DNA of 64,000 nucleotides from the NCBI GenBank assembly GCA_041601615.1, contig JBFIHX010000002.1, positions 286,840 to 350,839 of the forward strand, in the 5' to 3' direction. Below the pieces are notes generated by a model. It was not told the DNA's origin, searched no databases, and saw only the letters and a list, made by a program, of their open reading frames with translations. Shown here piece after piece: positions 19,868 through 29,922 of this stretch. Within the stretch, counting starts at the first letter, position 1. Each line of letters opens with the position of its first letter. The position numbers and the translations under genes were made by a program. This stretch comes from Thermoplasmatota archaeon (GTDB lineage Archaea; Thermoplasmatota; E2; JACPAO01; JAHFTW01).

Positions 19868-21972
19868 AGTCCCGCAAAAATGAGCGAGACGGTGTTGATC
19901 ACCTTGATCAGAGCGTTGATGGACGGGCCAGCGGTGTCCTTGTAGGGGTCACCGACGGTGTCACCGACGACAGCGGCTTCGTGGGCAGGGCTGCCCTTGC
20001 CACCGTGGTTGCCGTCTTCGACGAACTTCTTGGCGTTGTCCCAAGCGCCGCCACCGTTGGCCATCATTAGGGCCATCATCAAGCCGCCTGCGAGCACACC
20101 GATGAGGAGACCACCGAGGGCCATGGGGCCCAAGAGGAAGCCGACGATGAGGGGGGCGGACACGGCGAGGATGCCGGGCATGACCATTTGCTTGAGGGCG
20201 GCCTTGGTGACGATGTCCACGCAGGTGCCGTACTCGGGCTTGCCTTCGCCGGTCATGATGCCGGGGATGTTCTTGAACTGGCGGCGAACTTCATCGATGA
20301 CTGCACCGGCGGCCTTGCCGACGGCGTTCATCAGGAAGGCGCTGAACAAGAAAGGCAGCATGGCACCGATCAAGAGACCGATCAGGACCAGAGGGTCGCT
20401 GAGGCGGAAGATCACATCGCCGGCAGCGTCGAGCTCGATGCCCTTGCCATCAGTGGGGAGGCGGTGCACGTAGTCCGCAAACAGTGCCAGAGCCGCGAGG
20501 GCGGCGCTGCCGACTGCGTATCCCTTGGTGACTGCCTTGGTGGTGTTGCCCACGGCGTCCAGGGCGTCGGTGTTCTTGCGAACGTCGGCGTCCAGTTCGG
20601 CCATTTCGGCGATTCCACCGGCGTTGTCGGTGATGGGTCCGTAGGTGTCCATGGCGACCACCATGCCGGTAATACCGAGCATGGCGACGGCCGCGATGGC
20701 GATGCCGTACAGGCCAGCAAAGGCGAAGGCGCCGAACATGGCAATCGCGATGACGATCACGGGGAGCGCGGTGCTCTCCATGCCGACGGCGAGGCCGCTG
20801 ATGATGTTCGTGGCGGCTCCGGTCTCGCTTGCCTTGGCGGTGGCCTTGACGGGGCGGTACTTGGTGCTGGTGTAGTACTCCGTGATGTACATCAGGAGCA
20901 GGGTCACGAGCAGGCCAAGCATGCTGGCAAAGAACACGCCGTTGGCGGTCACTTGGCGGTCGCCGAGGCCCAGGAGGCCTTCGGGCGTGAAGGCGTAGTC
21001 ACCAAGCAGTTGCTGGCTGAGCCAGTAAAAGCCGGCAGCACTGACGATGACACTGGCGTAGACGCCACGGTAGAGCGCCTTCATGATGTCGTTGTCTTTG
21101 CCGAGGCGCACGAAGAACACGCCGACGATGCTGGCGATCATGGCGAACGCGCCTAGGAAGAGCGGGAACGTCACGAGGGGGTTGATGCCGCCGCTGTTGG
21201 GCAGCAGGAAGCCGAGGAACACGGCTGCCACGACGGTGACGGCGTAGGTTTCGAACAGGTCCGCTCCCATGCCGGCGCAGTCGCCCACGTTGTCGCCCAC
21301 GTTGTCGGCGATGACGGCGGGGTTGCGGGGGTCGTCTTCGGGGATGCCGGCTTCGACCTTTCCGACCAAGTCAGCGCCGACGTCGGCGGCCTTGGTGTAG
21401 ATGCCGCCGCCCACACGGGCAAACAGGCTGATCAGGCTGGCACCGAAGGCGTAGCCGACGAGGGGACCGACGGGGTCCTCCATGCCGGCGATTTCGGCGA
21501 AGTAGTAGTAGAAGCCAGCCACACCCAGAAGGGCGAGGCCTGCGACACCGAGGCCGGCCACGGCACCGCCGCGGAAGGCGACGTTCAGCGCACCCTTCAT
21601 GCCCTTGCGGGCGGCTTGGGCGGTGCGCACGTTGGCGCGAACGGCGATGTTCATGCCGAGGTACCCGGAGGCGGCACTGAACAGGGCCCCGACGACGAAG
21701 CCGACGGTGGTCCAGATCCAGAGCGTGCGGTCGGCGCCGTCTTGGGTGAAGGTGACGGCGAGGAAGACGACCAGGATGGCGGCGGCCACGACCGCGATGG
21801 TGCGGTATTGGCGGTTCATGTAGGCCATGGCGCCCTGCTTGATGGCGTCGCTGATTTCGACCATGCGCTTGTTGCCGGTCTCGGCTTTCAGGACGGAGCG
21901 GGCGAGGATTCCGGCGGCAACAAGGCCGAGGAGTGCTGCCACTGGCGCGAGGATGATGGGTAGTTCAGACAT
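19837..21972 (-). CDS. hppA: Membrane-bound H+-translocating pyrophosphatase, K+-independent type
   Basis: [26 protein letters not shown] (Lys marks the K+-independent type), [20 protein letters not shown]. Confidence 0.95.
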   Translation of the reverse strand: MSELPIILAPVAALLGLVAAGILARSVLKAETGNKRMVEISDAIKQGAMAYMNRQYRTIAVVAAAILVVFLAVTFTQDGADRTLWIWTTVGFVVGALFSAASGYLGMNIAVRANVRTAQAARKGMKGALNVAFRGGAVAGLGVAGLALLGVAGFYYYFAEIAGMEDPVGPLVGYAFGASLISLFARVGGGIYTKAADVGADLVGKVEAGIPEDDPRNPAVIADNVGDNVGDCAGMGADLFETYAVTVVAAVFLGFLLPNSGGINPLVTFPLFLGAFAMIASIVGVFFVRLGKDNDIMKALYRGVYASVIVSAAGFYWLSQQLLGDYAFTPEGLLGLGDRQVTANGVFFASMLGLLVTLLLMYITEYYTSTKYRPVKATAKASETGAATNIISGLAVGMESTALPVIVIAIAMFGAFAFAGLYGIAIAAVAMLGITGMVVAMDTYGPITDNAGGIAEMAELDADVRKNTDALDAVGNTTKAVTKGYAVGSAALAALALFADYVHRLPTDGKGIELDAAGDVIFRLSDPLVLIGLLIGAMLPFLFSAFLMNAVGKAAGAVIDEVRRQFKNIPGIMTGEGKPEYGTCVDIVTKAALKQMVMPGILAVSAPLIVGFLLGPMALGGLLIGVLAGGLMMALMMANGGGAWDNAKKFVEDGNHGGKGSPAHEAAVVGDTVGDPYKDTAGPSINALIKVINTVSLIFAGLIASVGGLLL

Positions 21973-21981
21973 GGATGGGCC

Positions 21982-22623
21982 TCAGAGGCTGGCCTCGAAG
22001 TCTTCCACCGAGAGGGTGAAGGCGTCGCGGTTGGCAAGCTGGTTCTTCTCCATGAGGATCTCGCGGGCAAGGAGCCAGTACACGAGTGCCAGGCTGCGGC
22101 GGCCCTTGTTGTTGGCGGGGACGGCGAGGTCTAGGCCTTTGGTCTCGTTGTTGGAGTCGCAGAAGCCGAGGATCGGAATGCCGATGTTGCGGGCTTCGCG
22201 CATGGCTTGGGCGTCACCGAGCGGGTCGGTGACGACGAGCACTTCGGGCTCCATGAAGTTGGGCGTCACCGGGTTGGTGAGGGTGCCGGGCATGAAGCGG
22301 CCAGCGATGGCGGTGGCGCCGACGGCCTTGGCGGTTTCCTTGGCGGGCGTCTGGCCGTATTGGCGCTGGGACACGAAGAGGATGCGGGCGGCGTCGTAGG
22401 GCGCGAGCATCTTGGCGGCGGCGCGGATGCCGGCGTCGGTGTTGGCCACGTTCAGGACGAAGAGGCCGTCGTTGCGCACACGGAAGATGTGCGGCTTCAT
22501 GTCGGCGGTCTTGTGTTGGGTTCCGATGTGGACACCGCTGGTGAGGTACTCGTCCTCCGCGACCAGCAGGTCTACTTCTTCGCCGCTTTGGGCGATCTGG
22601 CTTTGGAGCATCTCGTCAGTCAT
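21982..22623 (-). CDS. rps2: 30S ribosomal protein S2
   Basis: [37 protein letters not shown]. Confidence 0.95.
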   Translation of the reverse strand: MTDEMLQSQIAQSGEEVDLLVAEDEYLTSGVHIGTQHKTADMKPHIFRVRNDGLFVLNVANTDAGIRAAAKMLAPYDAARILFVSQRQYGQTPAKETAKAVGATAIAGRFMPGTLTNPVTPNFMEPEVLVVTDPLGDAQAMREARNIGIPILGFCDSNNETKGLDLAVPANNKGRRSLALVYWLLAREILMEKNQLANRDAFTLSVEDFEASL

Positions 22624-22805
22624 GCGTTCACCTGTTGGGGTCGGCTCACCGTGAGCGGGATGGCATTCGCCTCGAATTCCCTCATGGCCACTTGGACCGG
22701 GTCGCGTACCTCTTCTGCTATGTCAATGAGCGGCGGGGCGCCCATGGAGATCTGAAGAGCGCGTGCGCCGACGATGCGGGCCTTTTCGAAGCGCGTGTAT
22801 TCCAT
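22620..22805 (-). CDS. rpoK: RNA polymerase subunit Rpo6/K
   Basis: [24 protein letters not shown]; stop overlaps the rps2 start. Confidence 0.93.
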   Translation of the reverse strand: MEYTRFEKARIVGARALQISMGAPPLIDIAEEVRDPVQVAMREFEANAIPLTVSRPQQVNA

Positions 22806-23087
22806 CGTATCACCTGTCAGGGACGGGGTAAGCCTACCGCTGACTGTCGCGGCGAAGCCAAGGTGGATATAAACGGTTGCGCGGGCGATGCTCCGCTGTG
22901 GCCAAAATGAGCGCCGCCACCGGCGAATGTGCCGGCCGCCATCCCCGCTGTGGGGGATTTGCTCCAGTTGATGTAGTGCCCGGTTGCACTTGAGGCTTGC
23001 GCGTTCGGTCCCGCTGTCCGGCTTCGAGCACGGGCCCGTTCTGGCCCGGTCGTCGGTCTCAAGGAGCACGAACTCCAACTTGATTCG

Positions 23088-23843
23088 ATGGCCCCAGGTG
23101 CAGTGGTGACTCGGCGGCGGCCGCCTGGCTGGGCGTGGGCGTTGTGGGCGGGCGTTGTGCTTTTGTTGGTGGTGTTGGCCACGTTTACGCAGAGCGGGGG
23201 CATGGTAGTCTCCTCTGCTTTGGCGGGTGCTGCGACTGCATTGGCGGCGTGGACGGCGCTGGATGTGGGTCGGGCGCTGAAGCATCGGGAGGTGCTGCGG
23301 GCAAAAGAAGCGGAATTCGTGGAGTTTGCCGAAACCATTGAGTTGCGCGTGGAGCACGCGGAGCAGGAGTTGGAGGCGGCACTGAAGGATGTGCGCCGGG
23401 ATGCGGTTTCGGCGGTGCGTACACTTCGGGAGCAATTGGAGGAGTTGGAACGGGCCTTTGCAGAGCACTTTGCCACGCATCGGGGTGTGGGTGAAGATCG
23501 TCCTTCGAGGCCTATGCGGCCGACGAGGTTGGACGAACACGTGGATGAGGTGCTTGGTGCCGCGGCGGGAGGCGGAGAATCGGCGACGACGGGTCGTTCC
23601 GAGCGGCCGTTAGCGGGGGCTCCGGGTTGGCCCGTAGCGGAGATTCCGGGCATTGACGAGGCGCATGTGCTTCGCTTGCATGCTGCGGGCATTCATGATA
23701 CGGTGCAGTTGTGCGCGGCGGATCCTGTGGATGTGGCCAAGCGGGTGCGGGTGTGGCCAAACTTGGTGCGCAATTGGCAAGTGACGGCCGAGATGTTGCC
23801 TCGGGTGCAGGCGGCGCAGGCAGCGGCGGGGCCTGCGGGCTAG
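23088..23843 (+). CDS. Membrane protein with coiled coil and C-terminal HhH (DUF4332-like) domain
   Basis: 2 TM, heptad region, [23 protein letters not shown]. Confidence 0.6.
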   Translation: MAPGAVVTRRRPPGWAWALWAGVVLLLVVLATFTQSGGMVVSSALAGAATALAAWTALDVGRALKHREVLRAKEAEFVEFAETIELRVEHAEQELEAALKDVRRDAVSAVRTLREQLEELERAFAEHFATHRGVGEDRPSRPMRPTRLDEHVDEVLGAAAGGGESATTGRSERPLAGAPGWPVAEIPGIDEAHVLRLHAAGIHDTVQLCAADPVDVAKRVRVWPNLVRNWQVTAEMLPRVQAAQAAAGPAG

Positions 23844-23871
23844 GCTAGACTAGGCCTAGGCTTGACCTAGG

Positions 23872-24219
23872 CTAGCCTTCGAGCAGCGGCAGCAGATTCT
23901 CGGGGCCGGGGCGCCCGACGCGGGCATGGTCGCCGTGGATGAGGATGGGCCGTTCGAGGAGCTTGGGGCTTGCTGCGATGGCCGTCAAAAGTTCGCGATC
24001 GGAGGCGGTTTTGGCAAGGCTTGCAGCGTCGTCTTCGCCCCATCGCAGCCATTGGGCCACCGGCAAGCCGAGGCGTTTGTGGAGGATGCGCAGTTCGTCG
24101 AGGCTCATGGGCGCTTTCTGGTAGTCGCGCACTTCGTGGTCGACGCCACGTTCTTCCAGCATCGCGAGGGCGGCTCGGGACTTGGAGCAGCGCGGGTTGT
24201 GCAGCAACAAATAGGTCAT
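23872..24219 (-). CDS. arsC: Arsenate reductase (ArsC/Spx family)
   Basis: HNPRCSKSR, LLERPI, GRP. Confidence 0.85.
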   Translation of the reverse strand: MTYLLLHNPRCSKSRAALAMLEERGVDHEVRDYQKAPMSLDELRILHKRLGLPVAQWLRWGEDDAASLAKTASDRELLTAIAASPKLLERPILIHGDHARVGRPGPENLLPLLEG

Positions 24220-24288
24220 GCGGCACGGGAGGGGGAGGGGGATGAAGGGATTGCGAAAGGGGCCAGGGGCACCTGTGGGCAGCGGGGA

Positions 24289-25425
24289 CTAGAGTACGAA
24301 GTCGAGCCCGATGTCTTTTCGCTGGTTTGCCTGCTTGCGCGCGGACGGACCCAGGATTTGCTTGGAGCGAACGCCGGTGATGACGAGCATGACGCGCACG
24401 GCGCGGTCCAGGGCGTGGTTGACGCTGGTTCCCCAGATGATGCGGGCATCAGGGTTGATGCGCGAGTAGATTTCGTGCACAACCGCTTCTGCCTCCTTCA
24501 GGGTCATGTCGCTGCCGCCGACGACGTTCACTAGGGCGCCGCTGGCGTCGCTGATGTCGATTTCCAGAAGCGGGCTCTGGAGTGCTTCCGTGACTGCCGC
24601 AACGGCGCGGTCGTCGCCGTCGGACTCGCCGAGGCCGATCATGGCGACGCCACCCTTCTTCATGATGGTCTTCAGGTCGGCAAAGTCGAGGTTGACGAGG
24701 CCGGGCTTGGTGATCATCTCGGTGATGCCGCGGATGCTGCGAACGAGCAATTCGTCGGCGACCCGGAAGGCGGCGGCCAATGGTAGGCGCGGGGCGACTT
24801 CCAGGAGCTTGTCGTTGGGGATGACGATGACGGTGTCGCACACGTCGCGCAGGCGAGCAAGGCCCGCTTCGGCGTTCTCCATGCGCACGGCGCCTTCGAC
24901 GCTGAACGGCAGGGTGCAGACGGCGATGGTCAGGGCACCGGCTTCGCGGGCCATCTTGGCCACAACGGGAGCGCTGCCGGTTCCGGTGCCGCCGCCAAGG
25001 CCGCAGGTGATGAAGCACATGTCGGCGCCGGCAACGGCGGCTCGAATGTCTTCCTCGGTTTCTTGTGCGGCTTCTTCGCCGATTTGTGGCAAGGCACCTG
25101 CTCCGAGGCCGCGCGTGAGGTGGCGGCCGATGAGCATCTTGTGGGGGACCTTCGCCGACAGCAGGTGCTGCGCGTCGGTGTTGAGGGCGACCAGTTCCAC
25201 TTCACCCACGTCTTCCTCGGTGAGGCGCGTGATGGTGTTCGTGCCGGCGCCGCCGCATCCGAAGACCTTGATCTTCGTTACGAGACTGTGGAGAATTCGC
25301 TCCAAGTCGGCGTTGTCACTGGTTGCTTGCTTCTGTGTATTCGGCATGACCTGAACGGTCTGTGCCCCGCGGCCGGTCTCTTCGGCTCGGGCCACCGCCT
25401 CGCGGATAATGTCCTTCATGTGCAT
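24289..25425 (-). CDS. ftsZ: Cell division protein FtsZ
   Basis: GCGGAGTN, NTDAQHL, GGGTGTG, NLDFAD, C-terminal GLDFVL; start at 25425 or 25419. Confidence 0.96.
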   Translation of the reverse strand: MHMKDIIREAVARAEETGRGAQTVQVMPNTQKQATSDNADLERILHSLVTKIKVFGCGGAGTNTITRLTEEDVGEVELVALNTDAQHLLSAKVPHKMLIGRHLTRGLGAGALPQIGEEAAQETEEDIRAAVAGADMCFITCGLGGGTGTGSAPVVAKMAREAGALTIAVCTLPFSVEGAVRMENAEAGLARLRDVCDTVIVIPNDKLLEVAPRLPLAAAFRVADELLVRSIRGITEMITKPGLVNLDFADLKTIMKKGGVAMIGLGESDGDDRAVAAVTEALQSPLLEIDISDASGALVNVVGGSDMTLKEAEAVVHEIYSRINPDARIIWGTSVNHALDRAVRVMLVITGVRSKQILGPSARKQANQRKDIGLDFVL

Positions 25426-25473
25426 CCCCTGAGAGCGTGCGCTCCCATCCAATCGTGACAGGGCGGGGGACAT

Positions 25474-25489
25474 GGATAAATGTTCTCTG
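25474..25489 (-). promoter_or_regulatory. Putative BRE-TATA for ftsZ (CAGAGAACATTTATCC on -)
   Basis: Purine-rich stretch followed by TTTAT ~50 nt upstream of the probable start. Confidence 0.4.
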
Positions 25490-25495
25490 GGAGGT
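25487..25495. repeat. Target-site duplication CTGGGAGGT (left)
   Basis: Identical to 37774-37782; abuts the left TIR. Confidence 0.9.
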
Positions 25496-25510
25496 ACGAG
25501 CGTTTCAAAA
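25496..25510 (+). repeat. Left terminal inverted repeat ACGAGCGTTTCAAAA
   Basis: Reverse complement of 37759-37773 is ACGAGCGTTCCAAAA. Confidence 0.9.
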
Positions 25511-25604
25511 TTGGGGGAGCCTCCACGGCATGGTTTTGAAACAGCATCCCCTGCCTACGGCTCCAGGGTGCAAAGGCTCAAAATCAAGCTTTTAATGGGT
25601 AACC

Positions 25605-26066
25605 ATGGACTTAATCACGCTGCTCCAAAGAGTGGAGGCGTCCAATCCGAACAACTGGTTGACCCACGAAGGTGGAATCCACGTCTTCAAGGAAGACCTG
25701 AACGTCAGGTTGGTTGAAGACCGGGAAGACGAAGATTTCGGAATGGCATACGGGGCGAACTGGCTGCCCGAGGGCTTCCCCTATGAGGCGCAGCGAATCA
25801 CAGCCGGACTCTACTATGGCCTGAGTCTTGTTCAGGTGTTCACCTTGATTCAGATTCAACACCCGTCCTTTATCCTCCCTGCCCCCAACCCCGAGGGCGA
25901 AGACCCCACGAACTGGACGACAACGCGACTAAAGGTGGCGGTAGCGCACATCCTGAATGGGCCCGCCAACGACATACCCGCAATGCCCCAAATTGAGGCC
26001 ACTCTACAACAGTACGGCGTACAAATCGAGGGCCCCCATCATCCGCGCACCTTTGCCATGGGCTAA
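25605..26066 (+). CDS. Hypothetical protein at the element's left end, convergent with the transposase
   Basis: 153 aa; TTTTAAT just upstream; stop 1 nt from the transposase stop. Confidence 0.7.
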   Translation: MDLITLLQRVEASNPNNWLTHEGGIHVFKEDLNVRLVEDREDEDFGMAYGANWLPEGFPYEAQRITAGLYYGLSLVQVFTLIQIQHPSFILPAPNPEGEDPTNWTTTRLKVAVAHILNGPANDIPAMPQIEATLQQYGVQIEGPHHPRTFAMG

Positions 26067-26067
26067 C

Positions 26068-27423
26068 TTAGATTCGAGCATGGGGGTACTCTCCCCAAAA
26101 CCGATTTTGCAGCGTGTCGAGGCTTTCCCACCCCTCAAGCCGAGCCACGCCGCCTTCGAGCTGAATTTCCTCGTCGCGGACGTGGCTGACGTACACCAGC
26201 CGCGTCAGGTTGTACACCAGCGCCATGCACAGCAATTCGTTGCGCTGTGCCACTTCGCCCCGCGAGTATAGCCGATCTCCGAGTATGCGCTTCAGGGCGG
26301 CGTTTCCGGTCTCTACGTTGTTCTTGCGGTTGGCTCGGGCGTTGTACCCGTCCCGATCCACTTTCGACCGCTGTAAGGCGTCCTTGAAGGCTCTGCGCGG
26401 TCCTCGGATGCCGTTTCCGGTGGCATTTTTCTTGAATTTCATTTGCCCGTCGATGCCTTGGCGCTTCAGGTAGTCGAAGAGGTAGCCGGCAGAGTACGCT
26501 TTGTCGCCGCCGTACTCCTTGAAATTCAGCATCAATTGCGCCCGCATCAGGAGCGGCACGGCCCATTGGGCTTCCCCGAATCCGCCTTTCTGGGTGCGCA
26601 ATCCGGCGATCATGGTGTATTCGTAGGTCCACAAGATCACGGTGTACATCCATTCATGTTCCCGGCGATCCTCTTTTTTCTCGTGTTTCTCCTGGTAGTA
26701 CGCCCCAAAGTGCTGCGTCGTCAAGCCGGTGCCGTCCTGGTGCGCGATGGACTCATAGGGACGAACTGGCCACGTTGACAACGAGAGCAATTTCTCCAAG
26801 ACCTCGGTTGACTCTGGATCATTCAGGAACCGGCTCAAGGTCGCAGCACTGACAGGCCCATACGGGTTGTGTCTGCGGTGCGTGGCGTCTTGCATTACGC
26901 CCTCTAAGCGCCGCAAATTCTGCCGATTCCAAACCCGCATCACCGATTGATACACGAGCGCATGAAGCGGCGCCGGTGGACGCCCCTTTACTCCCGGCGC
27001 GAGTGGTTCTTCAAGGACTGGCAATGCCGAGCGCAGCAACCGCGCCAACAACCTTGGCACCATTTCCGGGCAAGCCTTCCAAGCTCGGGCCTCTAAGCCA
27101 TGATCTCGGGGCCGGTCGCCCTTGCGGTACACGGTCGCGGCCGTGTTGGGCAATTCTGTCATTCCTTCGTAGAGCATCACAACGAGAATGTGGGCGCACG
27201 GCTTCTCTTGGTTGTGGTCGTGGCCGTCTTGGGCGCACCGCAACAAGTCGCCGCGACGGTACACCTTGACCCGGTGAACGCCTTGGTGCCGGCGCACGTT
27301 CCAATGGTCCGGGTCCATTTTTTGAACCGCATCCTCAAAGCCCCAGATCGTCAAGGCGTTGCGGCGCAAATTCGGGTTTAATCGGTTCCAGAAATCCAGG
27401 GCTTCCAGGGTTTCTTCGTCCAC
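26068..27423 (-). CDS. DDE transposase (IS4/IS5-like) with N-terminal SWIM-like Zn finger
   Basis: C..(n)..PCAH SWIM-like motif; QDGTG (D), GDKAY (D), RKNNVETGNAALKR (E, YREK-like), RNELLCMALVYNL; GTG start overlaps the upstream TAG. Confidence 0.88.
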   Translation of the reverse strand: MDEETLEALDFWNRLNPNLRRNALTIWGFEDAVQKMDPDHWNVRRHQGVHRVKVYRRGDLLRCAQDGHDHNQEKPCAHILVVMLYEGMTELPNTAATVYRKGDRPRDHGLEARAWKACPEMVPRLLARLLRSALPVLEEPLAPGVKGRPPAPLHALVYQSVMRVWNRQNLRRLEGVMQDATHRRHNPYGPVSAATLSRFLNDPESTEVLEKLLSLSTWPVRPYESIAHQDGTGLTTQHFGAYYQEKHEKKEDRREHEWMYTVILWTYEYTMIAGLRTQKGGFGEAQWAVPLLMRAQLMLNFKEYGGDKAYSAGYLFDYLKRQGIDGQMKFKKNATGNGIRGPRRAFKDALQRSKVDRDGYNARANRKNNVETGNAALKRILGDRLYSRGEVAQRNELLCMALVYNLTRLVYVSHVRDEEIQLEGGVARLEGWESLDTLQNRFWGEYPHARI

Positions 27424-27665
27424 TACGGGGCACCCCCCAAAGCAAGCATAACCAGCTCTTTTCCGCCAAGGGCAAGGCCGAGGATCGTCACGGTCCACAA
27501 GAGCCGACGAATCAAGCCCAAGTGCGCCTTCAACGCCGACTCGCGGACCTCGCGCAAGTCCTCGCGGACCTCGCGGCGCAATTCCCCGACCTCGCGCTCT
27601 AGGTTGCGGCGCAAGTCGCGCATTGCCTCCAATAGCCGCATATCCTCCACGGTTAGCCGCTCCAA
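27423..27665 (-). CDS. Coiled-coil + C-terminal TM protein (XhlA/holin-like architecture)
   Basis: LRRNLEREVGELRREVREDLREV heptads then LLWTVTILGLALGG. Confidence 0.6.
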   Translation of the reverse strand: MERLTVEDMRLLEAMRDLRRNLEREVGELRREVREDLREVRESALKAHLGLIRRLLWTVTILGLALGGKELVMLALGGAP

Positions 27666-28132
27666 GTGTCCGTGATGTCTTCGAGCAAAACGTACCCCCC
27701 GGCACTGTGGGGCGTTAGGAGGCTGGCGTTGTGCGCCACGAGATCAACCACCACGGGCGAAGCGCCCCCGGAGTTGTCCACGAGAATGAAGTCGGTGATC
27801 ATCCCGCCGCCATAGGTGCGGGTGTACGTCTCCGGCTCCGCCGCTCCATTCACTTCGACCCGGAACCAATCAACATCGAGGCTGTCAGGGCTGACCGCGT
27901 ACCCGAAGACCTTGAAGACCGCGCCAACCGGCACCGAATACGATGCCACAACCGCTTGATCGTTCACGGGCAACGGGACAAGGGAGCCCTTGCCGCGCCG
28001 GACCTTGCGTTCAACCACTGACTTGATGTGGACGCTTCCAAGGGTGCCGTCCGGGCGCTCCTTGAGGCGCCCGTCCCAATCCACATACTCGCCCGTGTCG
28101 GGGTCGCGGATTTGCTGGATACTGTAGCCCAT
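27653..28132 (-). CDS. Putative virion structural protein (beta-rich)
   Basis: 159 aa within the coupled operon; alternating hydrophobic strands. Confidence 0.6.
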   Translation of the reverse strand: MGYSIQQIRDPDTGEYVDWDGRLKERPDGTLGSVHIKSVVERKVRRGKGSLVPLPVNDQAVVASYSVPVGAVFKVFGYAVSPDSLDVDWFRVEVNGAAEPETYTRTYGGGMITDFILVDNSGGASPVVVDLVAHNASLLTPHSAGGYVLLEDITDTWSG

Positions 28133-28306
28133 TCAGGGGCCTCCGATGCGGTTGATTCCGGGGCGGGGCGTGTATTGCCGGCACGACGCGGCGAGGGTCG
28201 TGCTTGGAATGTAGAACCCCAACGCGGAGCAATAGGGCACGGGCAACAAGGCGCCGGCTCGGCGTGCGCGGGTGTACCACTCGCAGGTTTTGCAGTCCAA
28301 ATCCAT
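28133..28306 (-). CDS. Small Cys4 protein (57 aa), not in ORF track
   Basis: MDLDCKTCEWY...YCS...SCRQY; TGA-ATG junctions on both sides. Confidence 0.7.
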   Translation of the reverse strand: MDLDCKTCEWYTRARRAGALLPVPYCSALGFYIPSTTLAASCRQYTPRPGINRIGGP

Positions 28307-28948
28307 TCAGGCCCCTCCCATGAAGATGCCCTCGCCGTAGCCGGCTTGCCGGGTGATGCGCTGGAACTGGAACGTTACGCTTGGGCCGTGATTGGTGATT
28401 TTCAAGAGCCGCCATGTTAGGCCCGATGTGGGGCTAAAGGCGTAAGCGGCGTAGGTGTCGCCCGTGGGCAAGTAGGCCACGACGAGCCCGTTCAAGTCCG
28501 ATCCGGCGCCCGAAAACAAGCCTTGGGTGGTTTCTCCGATGAACTGGATTCGGACTTGCCGCAACGGTTGGCCCGCTACGTCCACGGCGTACCCGACAAG
28601 CGTGGTTCTGTCGCCTTGGCGGTAGACCGCCGTGGGTCTGATTTCGCGGCTTGGGTGCCTTGATCCCGAGGCGTTGGCAAGCCACGCGCCGAGGCTGGCC
28701 ACGGGTTGCCCTGGTGTCTTGGAGGTCCAGGTGTTGCCGGTTTCGTGATCCATCCACCCTGCGTCTTCTACGTAGGAAGGGGCAAAGGCGTGGGTTCCGC
28801 CGTGGGGGTATGGGGGCGTGGCGCTTTCTTGGCCCGGGATGAGGTTCGGGGCGTTGTGGACGGTGCCGGATTCGGGGCCGAGTTCGCCACTAGTGGCGGC
28901 GTTTTGGTTTCCTTGGGCAATGCCCGTGTAGGTGGCCAATGCGTTCAC
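28307..28948 (-). CDS. Putative spike/receptor-binding protein (C-terminal carboxypeptidase-regulatory-like domain)
   Basis: GTGA overlap start; LVGYAVDVAGQPL...SDLNGLVVAYLPTGDTY. Confidence 0.55.
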   Translation of the reverse strand: MNALATYTGIAQGNQNAATSGELGPESGTVHNAPNLIPGQESATPPYPHGGTHAFAPSYVEDAGWMDHETGNTWTSKTPGQPVASLGAWLANASGSRHPSREIRPTAVYRQGDRTTLVGYAVDVAGQPLRQVRIQFIGETTQGLFSGAGSDLNGLVVAYLPTGDTYAAYAFSPTSGLTWRLLKITNHGPSVTFQFQRITRQAGYGEGIFMGGA

Positions 28949-29916
28949 CCCTGCCTGATTGCTACGGTGATGTAGGCGGTCGAGTCCGGGCTTTGCAGGG
29001 TCTTGACGAGGTACGTCTTTGTGACCGCGTCGTCCACCCAATCCACTAGATCGCCGTCTGCTAGTCCTTGGGCCAAGGCGACGACGAACCACCGCTTGGT
29101 TTGGGCAATGGGGATTCGTTTGTTGGTGTCTAGGTTGTTGCTAAAGTGTGGGAAATGGAAGTAGATTTTCGAGTTCCCGTCCGAGCGGTAGGCGCTGCGA
29201 AACAGTTCAACACCGGCACCATAGGCGACGGTTTGGGTGTTGAATGGTCGAATGTACTCCTTGCGGTTCAGGTCGGAATAGTTGCCAACGGCGCTAACTT
29301 GGCCGGTGCTGTTGTCGAAGTATTGGGCATAGTATCGGTCGTACCAATTGCCCCCTGTGGAGTACACAATGTTTGGGTCGCTGTTGGTCCATGCGGTAAC
29401 AAAGAAGTTGGAGTATCCGTCGGGATATTCCTTCTCGGTGTTGCGCTCCAAGGACAAGAAAGAGGTGTAGTCGTGCGCTGGACTGGCCATCCAACTGGAA
29501 AGGACGGTGAAGCCCTCGGCGTCTAGCCACATCCAGTATTGGCCGGCTTTGTCACCGCTACCGGCTCCAGTGGCCCAGTAGTAGTTCTGGGTCCATGAAG
29601 TGCCGTAGCTTTGCCAAGATTCCGTGGGGATGCCCGTAATTTCGACGGTGCCGCTTGGTGATGAGGTTCCAAGGTCGTAACCACTGGATACGGTGACGCG
29701 GATTTCGTTGAAGCGGTTGTACCCGGAACTACTGACGATTCGTTCGACGCTGACAAAGAAGCCGTCCGCGATGTGTTCGAGGGCTCGGCGGGCGGGGCTT
29801 ACGGCGGCGGGCCGGCCCGTGGGGTCGGCGTCGCTCCATGCGCCCGTGGCGATGAGGTCGTCTGCGATCTTGTCGGTGAGTTCGTCCATTGTTGTGTTTC
29901 CGCTTGAGAATGTCAT
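28945..29916 (-). CDS. Putative vertex/spike structural protein
   Basis: 323 aa, S/T/G/Y/W-rich, in the structural operon. Confidence 0.6.
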   Translation of the reverse strand: MTFSSGNTTMDELTDKIADDLIATGAWSDADPTGRPAAVSPARRALEHIADGFFVSVERIVSSSGYNRFNEIRVTVSSGYDLGTSSPSGTVEITGIPTESWQSYGTSWTQNYYWATGAGSGDKAGQYWMWLDAEGFTVLSSWMASPAHDYTSFLSLERNTEKEYPDGYSNFFVTAWTNSDPNIVYSTGGNWYDRYYAQYFDNSTGQVSAVGNYSDLNRKEYIRPFNTQTVAYGAGVELFRSAYRSDGNSKIYFHFPHFSNNLDTNKRIPIAQTKRWFVVALAQGLADGDLVDWVDDAVTKTYLVKTLQSPDSTAYITVAIRQG

Positions 29917-29922
29917 GAGGGG

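Noticed and set aside
25486-25495. 10-bp TSD TCTGGGAGGT
   Set aside because: Formally possible (also at 37773-37782), but it breaks the A...T symmetry of the TIRs; 9 bp is preferred.
26068-27705. Stand-alone IS element, or a 545-aa transposase as in the ORF track
   Set aside because: The first 94 codons overlap another gene; the real start is coupled at 27423 and no local IS ends were seen.
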